A stretch of DNA of 64,000 nt from Limnochordia bacterium (GTDB lineage Bacteria; Bacillota; Limnochordia; DTU080), in the NCBI GenBank assembly GCA_050951545.1, contig JBMNJG010000009.1, forward strand, positions 1 to 64,000, given 5' to 3'. A program made the position numbers and the translations under genes. Below are positions 1 through 10,055 of this stretch, one piece after another. Numbering within the stretch: the first letter of the stretch is position 1; each line of letters opens with the position of its first letter. The notes under the pieces were generated by a model. It was not told the origin of the DNA. It searched no databases and saw only the letters and a list, made by a program, of their open reading frames with translations.

Positions 1-272
1 TCAAGTGGTACCGCCTGACCACCTGCCTAATATAGAGACTGCTCCGGCGACAGATGGCCCCGGAGCAGTTGTGCCGTAACCGCCCTCGGAGCTGTCCTTT
101 CCACCCAAAGACCTCGCCGCGTCACGGAAAAGTCACTCCAGCCCGTCCAATTTCTCGTCCAGGGCGACGCCAATCGACCGAACCCGACAGTGTTTGCCAC
201 AGCAAGCGGCACGCCGTTGACTAGGCCTGGCGATGAAACTGACGCATCTCGTCGCCCTCCCGTGGGCTGAAA

Positions 273-2624
273 CTACGGCTCTGCCCCTCGAAGGAAGACA
301 TGGCCCAGCTCCAGGGCATCCGCCTCAGCGTTGCTGCCGGAGAAGGTCAAGCGCACATAGTCCCCGGTGATTGCCGCAGGTAGAGAGCCTTTCAACTCTA
401 GCTTGAGCCAGTCAGTATGCGGTTGCGTCGTGACCTCTGCTGTATACGAGACACTCCGCCAGATGTCACCGTCTGAGGAGACAGCGACGCCCACACGGTC
501 TTTGATGTCTGCCCGCCGCGCATACATGGTAAAAGCGTAGCTCTCAAGCTGCGGTAGCTGCCACGTCAGGTATTCCTCGGCGTCGGACGTGCGTCGAATC
601 CGATGCGCGTCGCCGAAGAAGACATCAGGTCTCTCCGCTGCAAACTCCCAGCCATCAGAGCGCGCCACGGCCTTCAGCTGATCGTTCGTTATGCCAAACC
701 AAGCAATGGTCACCGGAGGCAAAAGAGGATCCTCAAGAGTAACCCAGTTGCTCAGCACCACCCGCTGGCGAAAGATAGAGCTGTGGCCCGCAACGGTGGT
801 AGCCTTAATCTCTAGGTCATACGCGCCGTCCTCCATAGACGTTGTCTCTACGCTCAGCACGGGGGGCAGACTCGTGCCCGTGTAAAGCTCGTACTCCTGA
901 CCCGAATCCGACACCGAGATAAGCCTGATAGAAGCCTCCTGCAACTGATCAGGTGCCACAGGCACGTCGAAAGCGAAGAGGATGCTACCCCGCAATCTCT
1001 CAGCCCAAGCCAAGGGTGTGCGTAGCCGGAAATGCTGTACACCAAAAGCAAAAGACGCTTCCGTTGTGTCTCCTGTCTGCTCGGTCACGGTAACGACGAT
1101 CTCATGGTGTCCGGCTGCCAAGTCTGCAGTCTGCAACACGAGACTGGTGGGCAGGCTCTCGCCCTCGTACAAAGTCGTCCCATCGAGCACCACCTTGACT
1201 TCAGCCAGCAGAATGCCCGGAGCCTCCACCTCTATGGGGATTACGGAGTCTTCTACCGCCGTGTTCGGCTGTGGAGAGGCCAACCAGACATAACCCTGCA
1301 CAAGGCGCCATCCGACTACACCAAGCCCAGGGAGGGAGAGTGTATGCGATGAGGTGATCGGTGAGCAAGGTACACCGCTGAAGGCATCACGGGCATAGAT
1401 TGGGTACTCGGGAAAGCCATCGATGCATACCTGCACTGGCTCCTCAGAGGAATTTACCAGGACGAGATACCGCTCTGACCCAAAGGCGATGTTGGCCATA
1501 GCCACGGAAGGGTACTCGATGAGCTCTGTGATGCCTCCCGACGAGACTGTAGGTGAGACCACCTGCTCCCCATCTGTTACGGTTACCTGCAGATCGTGAC
1601 GCCGTTCACCAAACAGGAAGACTTCACCCAAACCTGGCTTGCCGCATACCTCCTGCGCGATTGTGGCATAGGCACCATAGTAGGCCTGCCAGGCCGAAGA
1701 GGAAAACCCGCTGCGCGTGGCAAGCGAATAAGGCACCACCCCTTGAGCCCCCATCACCAGCGCGAGGTAGACATCATGACGCACCCACGCCGGAATCTTG
1801 GCGATCTCCTCAGGGCCTGGATCCTGAAACATCTCGGGCACTGCAATCTGTATCGCCCCGGGGCGCCCCTTGCGGGCAATGGCCTCCCTCTGCTGTTCGA
1901 TCGTCCAGCGATTCCAGACCCGGTGGCCCTTCTGTCCAGAGTAGTTGGTGTACATCCCTTTGCCGACGATATCGAGGAACTGGGCTGTCTCGGCCAGGCC
2001 ACTGGCCGTGCGATGCCCAGGATCGTACATCCATACGGGACGGCCTTGCGGATCGTTCTCACGAATCGTGCGCGCAGCTATCTCAAGATACTCCATCTCT
2101 TTGGGTCTCCAAGAACGCAGTTCTTCGGGGACCAGGTACCACCAAGCTATCACATCGCTATCCACTACAGCCTCGACCTGACGCTTGATCTCAGCAGCAA
2201 TCTCCTCCGCCGACAGATCAAGGGCTGGCTGACCGTCCTTTTCATGGAAATTCATGGGAATGCCAACCGTGTAGATGGCACGCATACCCTGAGCTTCCGC
2301 GTTGGCCAACAGCACCTTGTTGGCGTCGCCATAGGCTGGTCCATGCAGGGTGAAATGATTGCCCGCCTCGCGTGAGGCGATTCCGGAGTACCCTCCAAAA
2401 GGGAAAAGGCGCCCCTGCGGATAGACCTTGTCTGGTGGAAGATCCAGGCCGCGGTGGATTGCAGGGGCAAAGAAGTGATCAGACGCCGCGGCGCCTGCTG
2501 TGAAGAGCACACATAGCAAGAGGACAGTAAAACAAAGGGTAGGACAGTACGTACCCAAGAGCTTGTCACCTCCATCGGCAGATACGAAACATCGTCCCGA
2601 TAACAGACTGCCCCGAAGGCTCAC
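273..2624 (-). CDS. Large secreted protein: N-terminal glycoside-hydrolase-like (TIM barrel) domain followed by Ig-like repeats and a C-terminal beta-sandwich
   Basis: 783-aa ORF; hydrophobic signal-like stretch (FTVLLLCVLFTAGAAAS); WWYLVPEE and DIVGKGMY resemble clan GH-A beta4/beta6 motifs; Ig-like segments (DLAAGHHEIVVTVT, SMEDGAYDLEIKAT). Start codon uncertain. Confidence 0.6.
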   Translation of the reverse strand: MSLRGSLLSGRCFVSADGGDKLLGTYCPTLCFTVLLLCVLFTAGAAASDHFFAPAIHRGLDLPPDKVYPQGRLFPFGGYSGIASREAGNHFTLHGPAYGDANKVLLANAEAQGMRAIYTVGIPMNFHEKDGQPALDLSAEEIAAEIKRQVEAVVDSDVIAWWYLVPEELRSWRPKEMEYLEIAARTIRENDPQGRPVWMYDPGHRTASGLAETAQFLDIVGKGMYTNYSGQKGHRVWNRWTIEQQREAIARKGRPGAIQIAVPEMFQDPGPEEIAKIPAWVRHDVYLALVMGAQGVVPYSLATRSGFSSSAWQAYYGAYATIAQEVCGKPGLGEVFLFGERRHDLQVTVTDGEQVVSPTVSSGGITELIEYPSVAMANIAFGSERYLVLVNSSEEPVQVCIDGFPEYPIYARDAFSGVPCSPITSSHTLSLPGLGVVGWRLVQGYVWLASPQPNTAVEDSVIPIEVEAPGILLAEVKVVLDGTTLYEGESLPTSLVLQTADLAAGHHEIVVTVTEQTGDTTEASFAFGVQHFRLRTPLAWAERLRGSILFAFDVPVAPDQLQEASIRLISVSDSGQEYELYTGTSLPPVLSVETTSMEDGAYDLEIKATTVAGHSSIFRQRVVLSNWVTLEDPLLPPVTIAWFGITNDQLKAVARSDGWEFAAERPDVFFGDAHRIRRTSDAEEYLTWQLPQLESYAFTMYARRADIKDRVGVAVSSDGDIWRSVSYTAEVTTQPHTDWLKLELKGSLPAAITGDYVRLTFSGSNAEADALELGHVFLRGAEP

Positions 2625-2667
2625 GGCACCGGGGCAGATTCCTTACCCATGAAAAACCGATCGTTCA

Positions 2668-3717
2668 CTAATCGCGGAAGTTGGGCACTTCCATCAGTTT
2701 GCCGCCCTGCTCGGCAGACAGGTGCGCACACAGACCCGGAACAGAGTAATCAAGGGCCGTGTACACATCGATTGGCGGCTCTTTGTCTTCCAGTACCGCC
2801 TCAAGGAACGCCTGAACCATCACATACTCAGCCGTACCATGTCCACCCGATCCGGCCCAACCGGGCAAGTGGGGATGTACAGTGTTGATCGGGATGTCGA
2901 CCATACCTTGTAGATTGGGGATATCCTCGAAATAGGCTATCGTACGATCGCTGTCGCGCCTTTTCTCAAGGCAGCCCTTAGTGCCGTAAACGGAGTAGTA
3001 GTGGAAGCCCGGGCGCTTGACCGAGAAGCCACACAGGACTTTGATGACGCTTCCTTTCTCAGTCTTGAAAAGCCCTACCTCCATGTCGACAGTACCGAAC
3101 TCCGTATCGATATTCGACCCCGTGTGCATGCCCACTGCGCTCACGCACCGATCATCCGACAGGCTGAGAATAGGCCCCAAGCTATGGGTGCAGTAGTGGA
3201 TGGGTGCCAGATACGCCCGCCACGTCGGTTGACCGTCGGACGTTCTTCTGAGGCTGGGGATGTCATGAATATACTCAGCTTCAGCGTAGATGACCTTGCC
3301 CAGTCTCCCTTGCCGCACCATCTCTCGCCACGATTCAATAAACGCCCAGAAATTGGGGTTGGCGCCCATCATGTACTTGCCTGAGCTTTCCTTGACTGCC
3401 TGTACTAAGGCGTGGCACTCTTCAATATTGGCTACAGCCGGGACTTCGCTCAGCACGTGGCGGCCCCGCTTGAGCGCTGCTATGCTTTGCGATACGTGAA
3501 ACATGGGTGGGGCAGCAACGACAACGATATCGAGATCATGATCGATGAACTTGTCGAAATCGAGGTACGCGGCTGGAATATCCCGCTCACGGGCCACCCG
3601 CTCTGCCAGTCCGGGTTGGGTGTCACAGACCGCGGCCAGCTTGCACTCTGGATGCCTGCCGAACATATTGACAAAACTCATCCCTCGTCGAAGGCCAACA
3701 ACACCTACATTCAGCAT
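2668..3717 (-). CDS. Gfo/Idh/MocA family oxidoreductase
   Basis: Rossmann start MLNVGVVGL, HVLSEVP motif, GGHG C-terminal motif; ATG at 3717 preceded by AAGGAAAGGG. Confidence 0.9.
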   Translation of the reverse strand: MLNVGVVGLRRGMSFVNMFGRHPECKLAAVCDTQPGLAERVARERDIPAAYLDFDKFIDHDLDIVVVAAPPMFHVSQSIAALKRGRHVLSEVPAVANIEECHALVQAVKESSGKYMMGANPNFWAFIESWREMVRQGRLGKVIYAEAEYIHDIPSLRRTSDGQPTWRAYLAPIHYCTHSLGPILSLSDDRCVSAVGMHTGSNIDTEFGTVDMEVGLFKTEKGSVIKVLCGFSVKRPGFHYYSVYGTKGCLEKRRDSDRTIAYFEDIPNLQGMVDIPINTVHPHLPGWAGSGGHGTAEYVMVQAFLEAVLEDKEPPIDVYTALDYSVPGLCAHLSAEQGGKLMEVPNFRD

Positions 3718-3742
3718 GGGTGCCCTTTCCTTCTTTCTCCTG

Positions 3743-4546
3743 CTATTGTGCTGACTCCATGAGCCCAATCAGCTCGACCATGCGCTCTACAACCTCTTTT
3801 GCTATCTTCTCACCCATCACGGCACTGGCTTGCGATGGATCGCCCAAGACACCGATTTTGATGCGCTCATCTTGTCGAATATGAGGCATAACCATCGGGT
3901 GATCGACAGGTCGCTCCACAGTCTGATAGGCGTCTTGGTCTGCGCGAAGCATGGCCATGATCTCTTCGGAATCCGTCACCCGCGGCTCACGAACCAGCCT
4001 TGGGTGCCAGTACAGCATCAGTGAAGTTTCGAAACCAGCCGCGTGGAAGTCCTTCTTCTCAAACCACTCGGCAATCGTAGGTGACATGTCTGTAAAGGGC
4101 ACCAGGGCCACTTTGGCCTCGGCCAACGAGGGGTTCGTACGCAGGCAAATATCCAACCCGTCTCGGATACCCCTCACGTTCTCAGAGCCACCATGTCCGA
4201 GGAAGACGATGATATTCTTGAACCCCTGCTGGGCCAAGGAGCAGCAGATATCATTGATCACGGCCGAGATCGTCGCCGGAGCAATGTTGATCGTGCCGAG
4301 TAGACTTCCTCCTGAATAACTGTAGGGCATCAGGGGGGCAACCAAACAACCCGTTATCTCTGAGACTGCCTTCGCCAACTCTGTGGCATTAAACATATCG
4401 GTGCTCAAGGGCAAATGCCATCCGTGCTGCTCCACACAGCCCACAGGCACGATGACAGTTTGTGTGACCTGTAGAGCTTCTTCCACATCCTTGATGGTCA
4501 TGAACTCCATCAGCCGCGCCGTTCGCGCCGTGCATTCGTCTGCCAT
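3743..4546 (-). CDS. Creatininase/creatinine amidohydrolase family protein
   Basis: PVGCVEQHGWHLPLSTD, GHGGSEN and HAAGFETS motifs; ATG at 4546 after GGAGGGA. Confidence 0.9.
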   Translation of the reverse strand: MADECTARTARLMEFMTIKDVEEALQVTQTVIVPVGCVEQHGWHLPLSTDMFNATELAKAVSEITGCLVAPLMPYSYSGGSLLGTINIAPATISAVINDICCSLAQQGFKNIIVFLGHGGSENVRGIRDGLDICLRTNPSLAEAKVALVPFTDMSPTIAEWFEKKDFHAAGFETSLMLYWHPRLVREPRVTDSEEIMAMLRADQDAYQTVERPVDHPMVMPHIRQDERIKIGVLGDPSQASAVMGEKIAKEVVERMVELIGLMESAQ

Positions 4547-4630
4547 GTACTCCGTCCCTCCGATGCATCGTTGATCGCCACCAGATGTCATAAGGGCACC
4601 CACTCTCGCAGGTGCCCACGCGCTGCCTAC

Positions 4631-5872
4631 TTAGCGAAGTTCCTTAACCGCTGCCTTTACCGAGCTAGCCACGTACTCCACCTGACTATCCGTTAGATGT
4701 GGATAGATAGGCAGATCCAACTTCTCGGCGAAGATTCTCTCTGCTACCGGGCAGGAGCCCTTCTTGTACCCCATCTCCTGGAAGACCGTGAGCCAGTAGA
4801 CTGGGATGTAGTGGATCATGGTCTGAACGCCGTACTTATCGAGAAGCAAGATCATGAAGTCGTTCTTCTTCTCAGGCTTCTTGTAGTAGAGATTGTAGAG
4901 GTGGCAGGCGTGCGTTCGTCCCTCTGGCGTTGGGGGAGTACCCAGCTCTTCGAGTTCAGCAAACTCCCGGTTCCAGTACCCGGCAATGTCGCGCCGGCGA
5001 GCATTCATCTTGTCGAGTTTGGCTAGCTGCACGAGCCCAACAGCCGCCTGCGCCTCTGTCATGGATGAGTTTGACGCGGGCATGGTCCGGCTGGGGGCGA
5101 CCACGTCGTAGTGATACGGCAGCCAATAGCGCTCCTGATCTTTGTACTCTTTCATGCCGACAAAGCGATGCAGTCTGACTGCCTCTGCCCAGTCGCTGTT
5201 GTTAGTCGTGAACATGCCGCCTTCACCAAGCGTGGTCATGTTCTTGATTGTATGGAAGCTAAAGGCACCCGCATCGCCCAGACCGCCGGTCTGCTTGCCG
5301 TTGTAGGTAGCACCAGTGGAGTGAGCGCAGTCTTCAACGACGCTGATCCCCTTCGGCTTGGCTAAGGCGTTGATGGCGTCCATGTCTACGGGCAGCCCAC
5401 AGTGATGCACGGGGAAAATAGCCTTTGTACGTGAAGTGATCTTCTCTGCCACGGAGTTCGCGTCGATATTCATTGTGTCGTACTCGAGATCTGCGAACAC
5501 CACTTTGGCCTTCCGCTGCAGCGCCGGCAGAGCCGTAGCTACAAAGGTAATAGCGGGAACGATGACTTCATCGCCCTCTTTGATATCGATGCAGTCTGCG
5601 GCCACTTCCATCGCGCGGGTGCAGTTGGTCACGAAAACGGCATGCTTGACGCCTATATACTCTGCAAAGGCCTCCTGAAACTTCGTGACGAACTTGCCCA
5701 TGGTCAGGGTCTCGCCCTGCATCGCCTCGATGACGGCTTGGGCCTCTTCCAGACCAAAGGGACTGCCTACGGAGAGATACGGTATCTTCAGCTGTTCTTC
5801 ACCCAACCCAGCCGCATAGCTACCTCCATAGCTACCCTCGATGCCTTTCTTCTGATCAACCTGTTCGGCCAA
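4631..5872 (-). CDS. DegT/DnrJ/EryC1/StrS family PLP aminotransferase
   Basis: GDEVIVPAITFVAT, VEDCAHSTG and FSFHTIKNMTTLGEGGM (PLP lysine) motifs. Confidence 0.93.
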   Translation of the reverse strand: MAEQVDQKKGIEGSYGGSYAAGLGEEQLKIPYLSVGSPFGLEEAQAVIEAMQGETLTMGKFVTKFQEAFAEYIGVKHAVFVTNCTRAMEVAADCIDIKEGDEVIVPAITFVATALPALQRKAKVVFADLEYDTMNIDANSVAEKITSRTKAIFPVHHCGLPVDMDAINALAKPKGISVVEDCAHSTGATYNGKQTGGLGDAGAFSFHTIKNMTTLGEGGMFTTNNSDWAEAVRLHRFVGMKEYKDQERYWLPYHYDVVAPSRTMPASNSSMTEAQAAVGLVQLAKLDKMNARRRDIAGYWNREFAELEELGTPPTPEGRTHACHLYNLYYKKPEKKNDFMILLLDKYGVQTMIHYIPVYWLTVFQEMGYKKGSCPVAERIFAEKLDLPIYPHLTDSQVEYVASSVKAAVKELR

Positions 5873-6023
5873 GGCCCTTCCTCCTTTTGTTTCGTGCTGA
5901 CAACTGGCCTATCATGGTTCGTGTTGTCTGGAGAAGTTTCCTCTTATGTCGCCTCAGTCCCCGCAGGAGATGCCCATGTGGCGGGTGGCGTACCAGTCTG
6001 CAAAGTACCGACAGACGCCTGTG

Positions 6024-6065
6024 AAAAAAAGAGAGGTCGGCACCTAGGCGCTAACCTCCTTTTTC
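6024..6065 (-). terminator. Rho-independent terminator after the 6073..6921 gene
   Basis: Minus strand GAGGTTAGCGCC-TA-GGTGCCGACCTC stem (G-U pairs, one mismatch) followed by TCTTTTTTT; T-tract also on the other strand. Confidence 0.65.
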
Positions 6066-6072
6066 ATCGACT

Positions 6073-6921
6073 CTACCAGCGTACGCTGCGCAGAAAATCT
6101 GCCGCTGCTTTGATATCCCCCGCAGGATCTTGCCCCGTCTCCCGTTCTATGGCGAGATAGCCATCAAAACCTGCCGCCTCCAAGTGCCCAAGGAAACGAG
6201 GCCAGTCGACCCATCCCTGCCCCAGGGGCACCTCTTGGCGAGTGCCATCTTCATGCACCAGCGCGTCCTTGGCATGGACATGAGGAATGTAGGGGCCAAG
6301 CAAGGCCGCCCCTTCCGTCGGCATATACTCACGCATGGCTGCCTCGCGATCGTACGCATAGCCACCACGTTGCGCGAGAATGGCAGGCCACAGAATCAGA
6401 TTGCCGGGATCGTAATTCACACGGATAGTATCACTACCTACCGTCTCGATGACCCGCTTGAGCACCGCCGGAGGTTCAGGCCCCGTCTCTATCGCCAGGC
6501 AGGCCCCTAGTTCCTCACCACGGGCGGCGATGCGCCCTAAAGCGTCAATAAAGGCTGACCAGCGAGGATCCGCAGCGTCGCTAGGGATGATGCCGATATG
6601 CGACTGCCAGATACCGACCTCCAAGTCTGTTACGAGTTCCAGAATCTTGAAAGCCTCGGCGATGTTCTCTTCGTGCTTCTCTCTCTGCCCCAGGTCTACA
6701 CCGCCACCCCAAGCGGCTACGGCAGAGATCTCGATGCCCAACTCCTTGACAAAATCCATCAGCTTCTTGCGTGCTGCGACATCCATGTTGTCTGGGGCGA
6801 ACTCCCCAGACGCTCGAGTTTGCACCCCTTCGAGACCGATCTCTGCCGCATGACGCATAGCTTCCCAGGGATCTTTGATGCGTAAGTTGCTGAGCATGAC
6901 AGACAGTTTGAACTGCTTCAT
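6073..6921 (-). CDS. Sugar phosphate isomerase/epimerase (xylose isomerase-like TIM barrel)
   Basis: LAIETGPE, VNYDPGN, HVHAKD, GQGWVDW and LAIERE motifs. Confidence 0.9.
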   Translation of the reverse strand: MKQFKLSVMLSNLRIKDPWEAMRHAAEIGLEGVQTRASGEFAPDNMDVAARKKLMDFVKELGIEISAVAAWGGGVDLGQREKHEENIAEAFKILELVTDLEVGIWQSHIGIIPSDAADPRWSAFIDALGRIAARGEELGACLAIETGPEPPAVLKRVIETVGSDTIRVNYDPGNLILWPAILAQRGGYAYDREAAMREYMPTEGAALLGPYIPHVHAKDALVHEDGTRQEVPLGQGWVDWPRFLGHLEAAGFDGYLAIERETGQDPAGDIKAAADFLRSVRW

Positions 6922-7145
6922 TGGTACTCACACCCCATCATGGCCACATTCTGTGCTTACTTGGGTCAAGACTACTCGTCACAGGGAGATTCTCCTTCCA
7001 GCTCGCCGGCAGCATCTACCTAGTGCACGCCCTGTTTTCGCCACCCTTGTCAGCAGTAGCGCAGGATATTCCTATCTCGCAGCGTAGGATAGCTATGACA
7101 GCATACCTAGTGTTCGGGCTGTCAACACTCTCGGAGGTGAAGTTC

Positions 7146-7973
7146 TTGGAGGTCAAACTCGGGTGTATGCTTCGCCCCTACGCGAAGTACCCGGTCGCCC
7201 GCGCCCTCGAAGGAATAGCCAAGGCAGGTTACCGTTACACGGCCTTTTTGGGAAGACACCCAGATGGCGGGGCTTACAGTCTCGACACGCCCCTAGCTGA
7301 GACGTTGGCCCTGAAGAAGCAGATGGAGAGCTTCGGGTTGAAACCAGTGACTGCCTGGGGAAGTGACCCTCTACATTACGGCATTGAGGGCATGCGGCGT
7401 CACGTGGCCATCGCTCAAGAGTTAGAGCTGGAGTACCTTCTTTTGTCAAGCCCATACGCTGGACAAAAGGGTCAGAACCCACCGACACAAGAGGAAATGA
7501 AGCGCAAGTTCCTGTCCATCATTGCACCCGTTCTGCCGGAGTGCGAGAAAGCCAACCTGCGTCTGGACGTCAAACCGCATATGGGTCCATACGGTACGGG
7601 CCCCGGGCTCCGTGAGCTAGCCGAGACCCTGAATCACCCATGTTTCGGAGTCTCCTATGACCCAGGGAATATTCGTTACTATGAAGGGCTTGCTCCGGAG
7701 GAAGACCTGGTCACAGTGGCCCCCAGGGTGACCAGTGTCTGTGTTAAAGACCATGAAGGGCCACAGCGCAACAGCTCATTCCCCAATCCGGGTGAAGGCG
7801 ACGTGCAATGGCCACGCATCTTCTCACTTCTCCAGCAGCATGGTTTTCGCGGCTATGCTCTTATCGAGGTCATGCAAGGAGAAAGTGCGGAAGTGCTGGA
7901 TGCCACGGGTGCCCTGGTGCGCCAACGCCTGACTGAGTGGATAACATCTGCGGGTGGACGGGTTATGGCCTAA
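7146..7973 (+). CDS. Sugar phosphate isomerase/epimerase (xylose isomerase-like TIM barrel)
   Basis: KPHMG, YDPGNI, CVKDH, PGEGDVQW and ALIE motifs; TTG start chosen from GGAGGTG RBS. Confidence 0.85.
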   Translation: MEVKLGCMLRPYAKYPVARALEGIAKAGYRYTAFLGRHPDGGAYSLDTPLAETLALKKQMESFGLKPVTAWGSDPLHYGIEGMRRHVAIAQELELEYLLLSSPYAGQKGQNPPTQEEMKRKFLSIIAPVLPECEKANLRLDVKPHMGPYGTGPGLRELAETLNHPCFGVSYDPGNIRYYEGLAPEEDLVTVAPRVTSVCVKDHEGPQRNSSFPNPGEGDVQWPRIFSLLQQHGFRGYALIEVMQGESAEVLDATGALVRQRLTEWITSAGGRVMA

Positions 7974-8024
7974 CCGTGCACACATTCACATCCGCAGTAT
8001 TCTATCCGTTAGGGGGGAGATCAC

Positions 8025-9050
8025 ATGTCACAGATTCGCACAGCTGTCATCGGTGTTGGTACTTTTGGGCAGTGGCACGCTCGGGCTTACTCAGAGCTTA
8101 CGGATGCCCAGCTAGTAGCTGTAGCTGATGTCAACGCGGAGAGGGCACAAAGAGTTGCCGAGCTGTATGGGGCTGAGGCATATCAGGACTACAGAGCGCT
8201 CTTGGAGCGGAAGGATGTCGACGCTGTCTCAGTTGTCTTGCCTGACCACATGCACAGAGAGGCCTGTATAGAGGCGGCTCGCGCTGGCAAACACATCCTG
8301 GTAGAAAAGCCATTGGCCACCTCCGAAGACGATGCCCAGGCCATCCTAGAGGCCGTCGAGCAGGCTGGCATTCGCCTGATGGTAGACTTTGCGAACCGTT
8401 GGAGCCCTCCTTTTCTGCATGCAAAAGCTGCCCTCGATGAGGGGGAGATAGGTCTCCCTGTGCACATATCCATGAAACTCAACGATACGCTCGAAGTACC
8501 CCTGCACATGCTGCGTTGGAGCAGTGAATCGTCGGTAGCCTGGTTTCTGGGAAGCCATTGCGTAGATCTCTTGCGTTGGTTGCTCAGTGACGAGGTGGCG
8601 GCCTTGCGAGCTGTGTCGCGCTCACGCGTCCTGCGGGAGCAGGGTGTCGACACCCCAGATTTCTATCAGACAGTACTGGAGTTTTCCAGTGGCACGGTAG
8701 CCTACCTCGAGAATTCGTGGGTGCTTCCGACCGCCAATGCCACCGTGTTTGAGTTTGAAGCTGATATCGTCGGCAGCAAAGGACGCATCCGGATTGATAC
8801 GGCGCAGCACAGCTGCATTCAGAAGACAACTGACCGCCTCAGTCATCCGGACGTATTGATGTTCAATGAGGTAAACGGAAAGCTTGCTGGCTTTGGTATC
8901 CTCCCTATGGCTCACTTCGTGACGTGCCTACAACAGGATCTGCCCTTCCAGGTCACAATCGATGACGCACTGCAGGCAGTGAAACTGGTGGCGGCTATTG
9001 AAAGATCGGCCGCCTGTGGGGGCAAAGTGATCACTTTTGAGGGGCCATAG
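8025..9050 (+). CDS. Gfo/Idh/MocA family oxidoreductase
   Basis: TAVIGVGTFG, GKHILVEKP and HCVDLLRW motifs; GGGGGGAG RBS. Confidence 0.92.
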   Translation: MSQIRTAVIGVGTFGQWHARAYSELTDAQLVAVADVNAERAQRVAELYGAEAYQDYRALLERKDVDAVSVVLPDHMHREACIEAARAGKHILVEKPLATSEDDAQAILEAVEQAGIRLMVDFANRWSPPFLHAKAALDEGEIGLPVHISMKLNDTLEVPLHMLRWSSESSVAWFLGSHCVDLLRWLLSDEVAALRAVSRSRVLREQGVDTPDFYQTVLEFSSGTVAYLENSWVLPTANATVFEFEADIVGSKGRIRIDTAQHSCIQKTTDRLSHPDVLMFNEVNGKLAGFGILPMAHFVTCLQQDLPFQVTIDDALQAVKLVAAIERSAACGGKVITFEGP

Positions 9051-9199
9051 GGAAGCCTCATGCGAGCCATATATCATGCGCTGGTGGGCAGCGAGTATCT
9101 CCTGCGGATGCGGTCTAGCATTTCATGGAAGTTTGCTCGCACGTAGGAATTCCCACTAGCCAGCCGAAGGTTACGCGATAAGACGTTCGGAAGGGGGAA

Positions 9200-9943
9200 G
9201 TGCCAGTGTTTAGGTCGGGACTACGCATGACGTCGTTAGTGTTCTTGATCGTCCTCGGAATCACCATGGGTATCGCACAGGCAGCACCGGTAACCGCTGT
9301 TGCCCTCCCCGCTCCCAAGCCATTGCAGATCGACGGAGATCTAAGCGATTGGGCCTTCGCCAAGGCGAACGCCATTGTGTTGGACTCGAAAGCGCAGTTG
9401 ACGCCTGGTGTTGGTAGCACCGTTTCCTGGACTGGGCGCAAAGACCTCAGCTCCACAGTCTACGTGGCATACGATGCACAGAATCTATTCCTGGCATTTG
9501 ATGTAGCAGACGACCAGATAGTCCAACAGTTTGCTGGTGTACACATCTACAACGGTGACGGTCCGGAGCTTTATCTGGACACGAACCCGGCCGCCAAGTC
9601 TACCAGCTATAACAAGAACGTCTGGCAGTTCGGCTTCACACCGGGCACCGATGCGGCTAAGCCGGAAGGTGTCTTGCATACGCAGGTCAGTGGCCGCTCG
9701 ATGACCGCCAAGGACATGGAGATAGCAGCTAAGCGCACCGCAGAAGGCTACGCTATGGAGATTCGTCTGTCTCTGGCGGCCCTCGACTTCCAGCCCAAGG
9801 CTGGCGATGTCGTCGGCTTTGACGTCGCGGTAAACGATGTGGATAGTCCTACCGGTAAGGAGACCGAGAGCCAGATCATCCTGGGTGGAAGTGGGGACGG
9901 CTGGCAGAACCCGGCAGTATTCGCTCGTCTCGTGTTCTGGTAG
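9200..9943 (+). CDS. Secreted CBM9-like (DOMON-like) sugar-binding protein
   Basis: Signal peptide; IDGDLSDW, AYDAQNLFLAFDVADD, GYAMEIRL and GFDVAVNDVD motifs. Confidence 0.82.
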   Translation: MPVFRSGLRMTSLVFLIVLGITMGIAQAAPVTAVALPAPKPLQIDGDLSDWAFAKANAIVLDSKAQLTPGVGSTVSWTGRKDLSSTVYVAYDAQNLFLAFDVADDQIVQQFAGVHIYNGDGPELYLDTNPAAKSTSYNKNVWQFGFTPGTDAAKPEGVLHTQVSGRSMTAKDMEIAAKRTAEGYAMEIRLSLAALDFQPKAGDVVGFDVAVNDVDSPTGKETESQIILGGSGDGWQNPAVFARLVFW

Positions 9944-10055
9944 AGCACACGCAACTCCTCATGTCACGTTACCACACGGCCGTCACGTCGCCACTGCGGC
10001 CCGTGACGGCCATCCTTTGATCATCGCCCGCAAACGCCTCGGCTTGTTGACCCCT

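Noticed and set aside
27-250. Possible gene start downstream of the first CDS (GGGAGG + ATG at 248)
   Set aside because: The frame closes after 8 codons and the alternative 61-aa ORF has no recognisable features.
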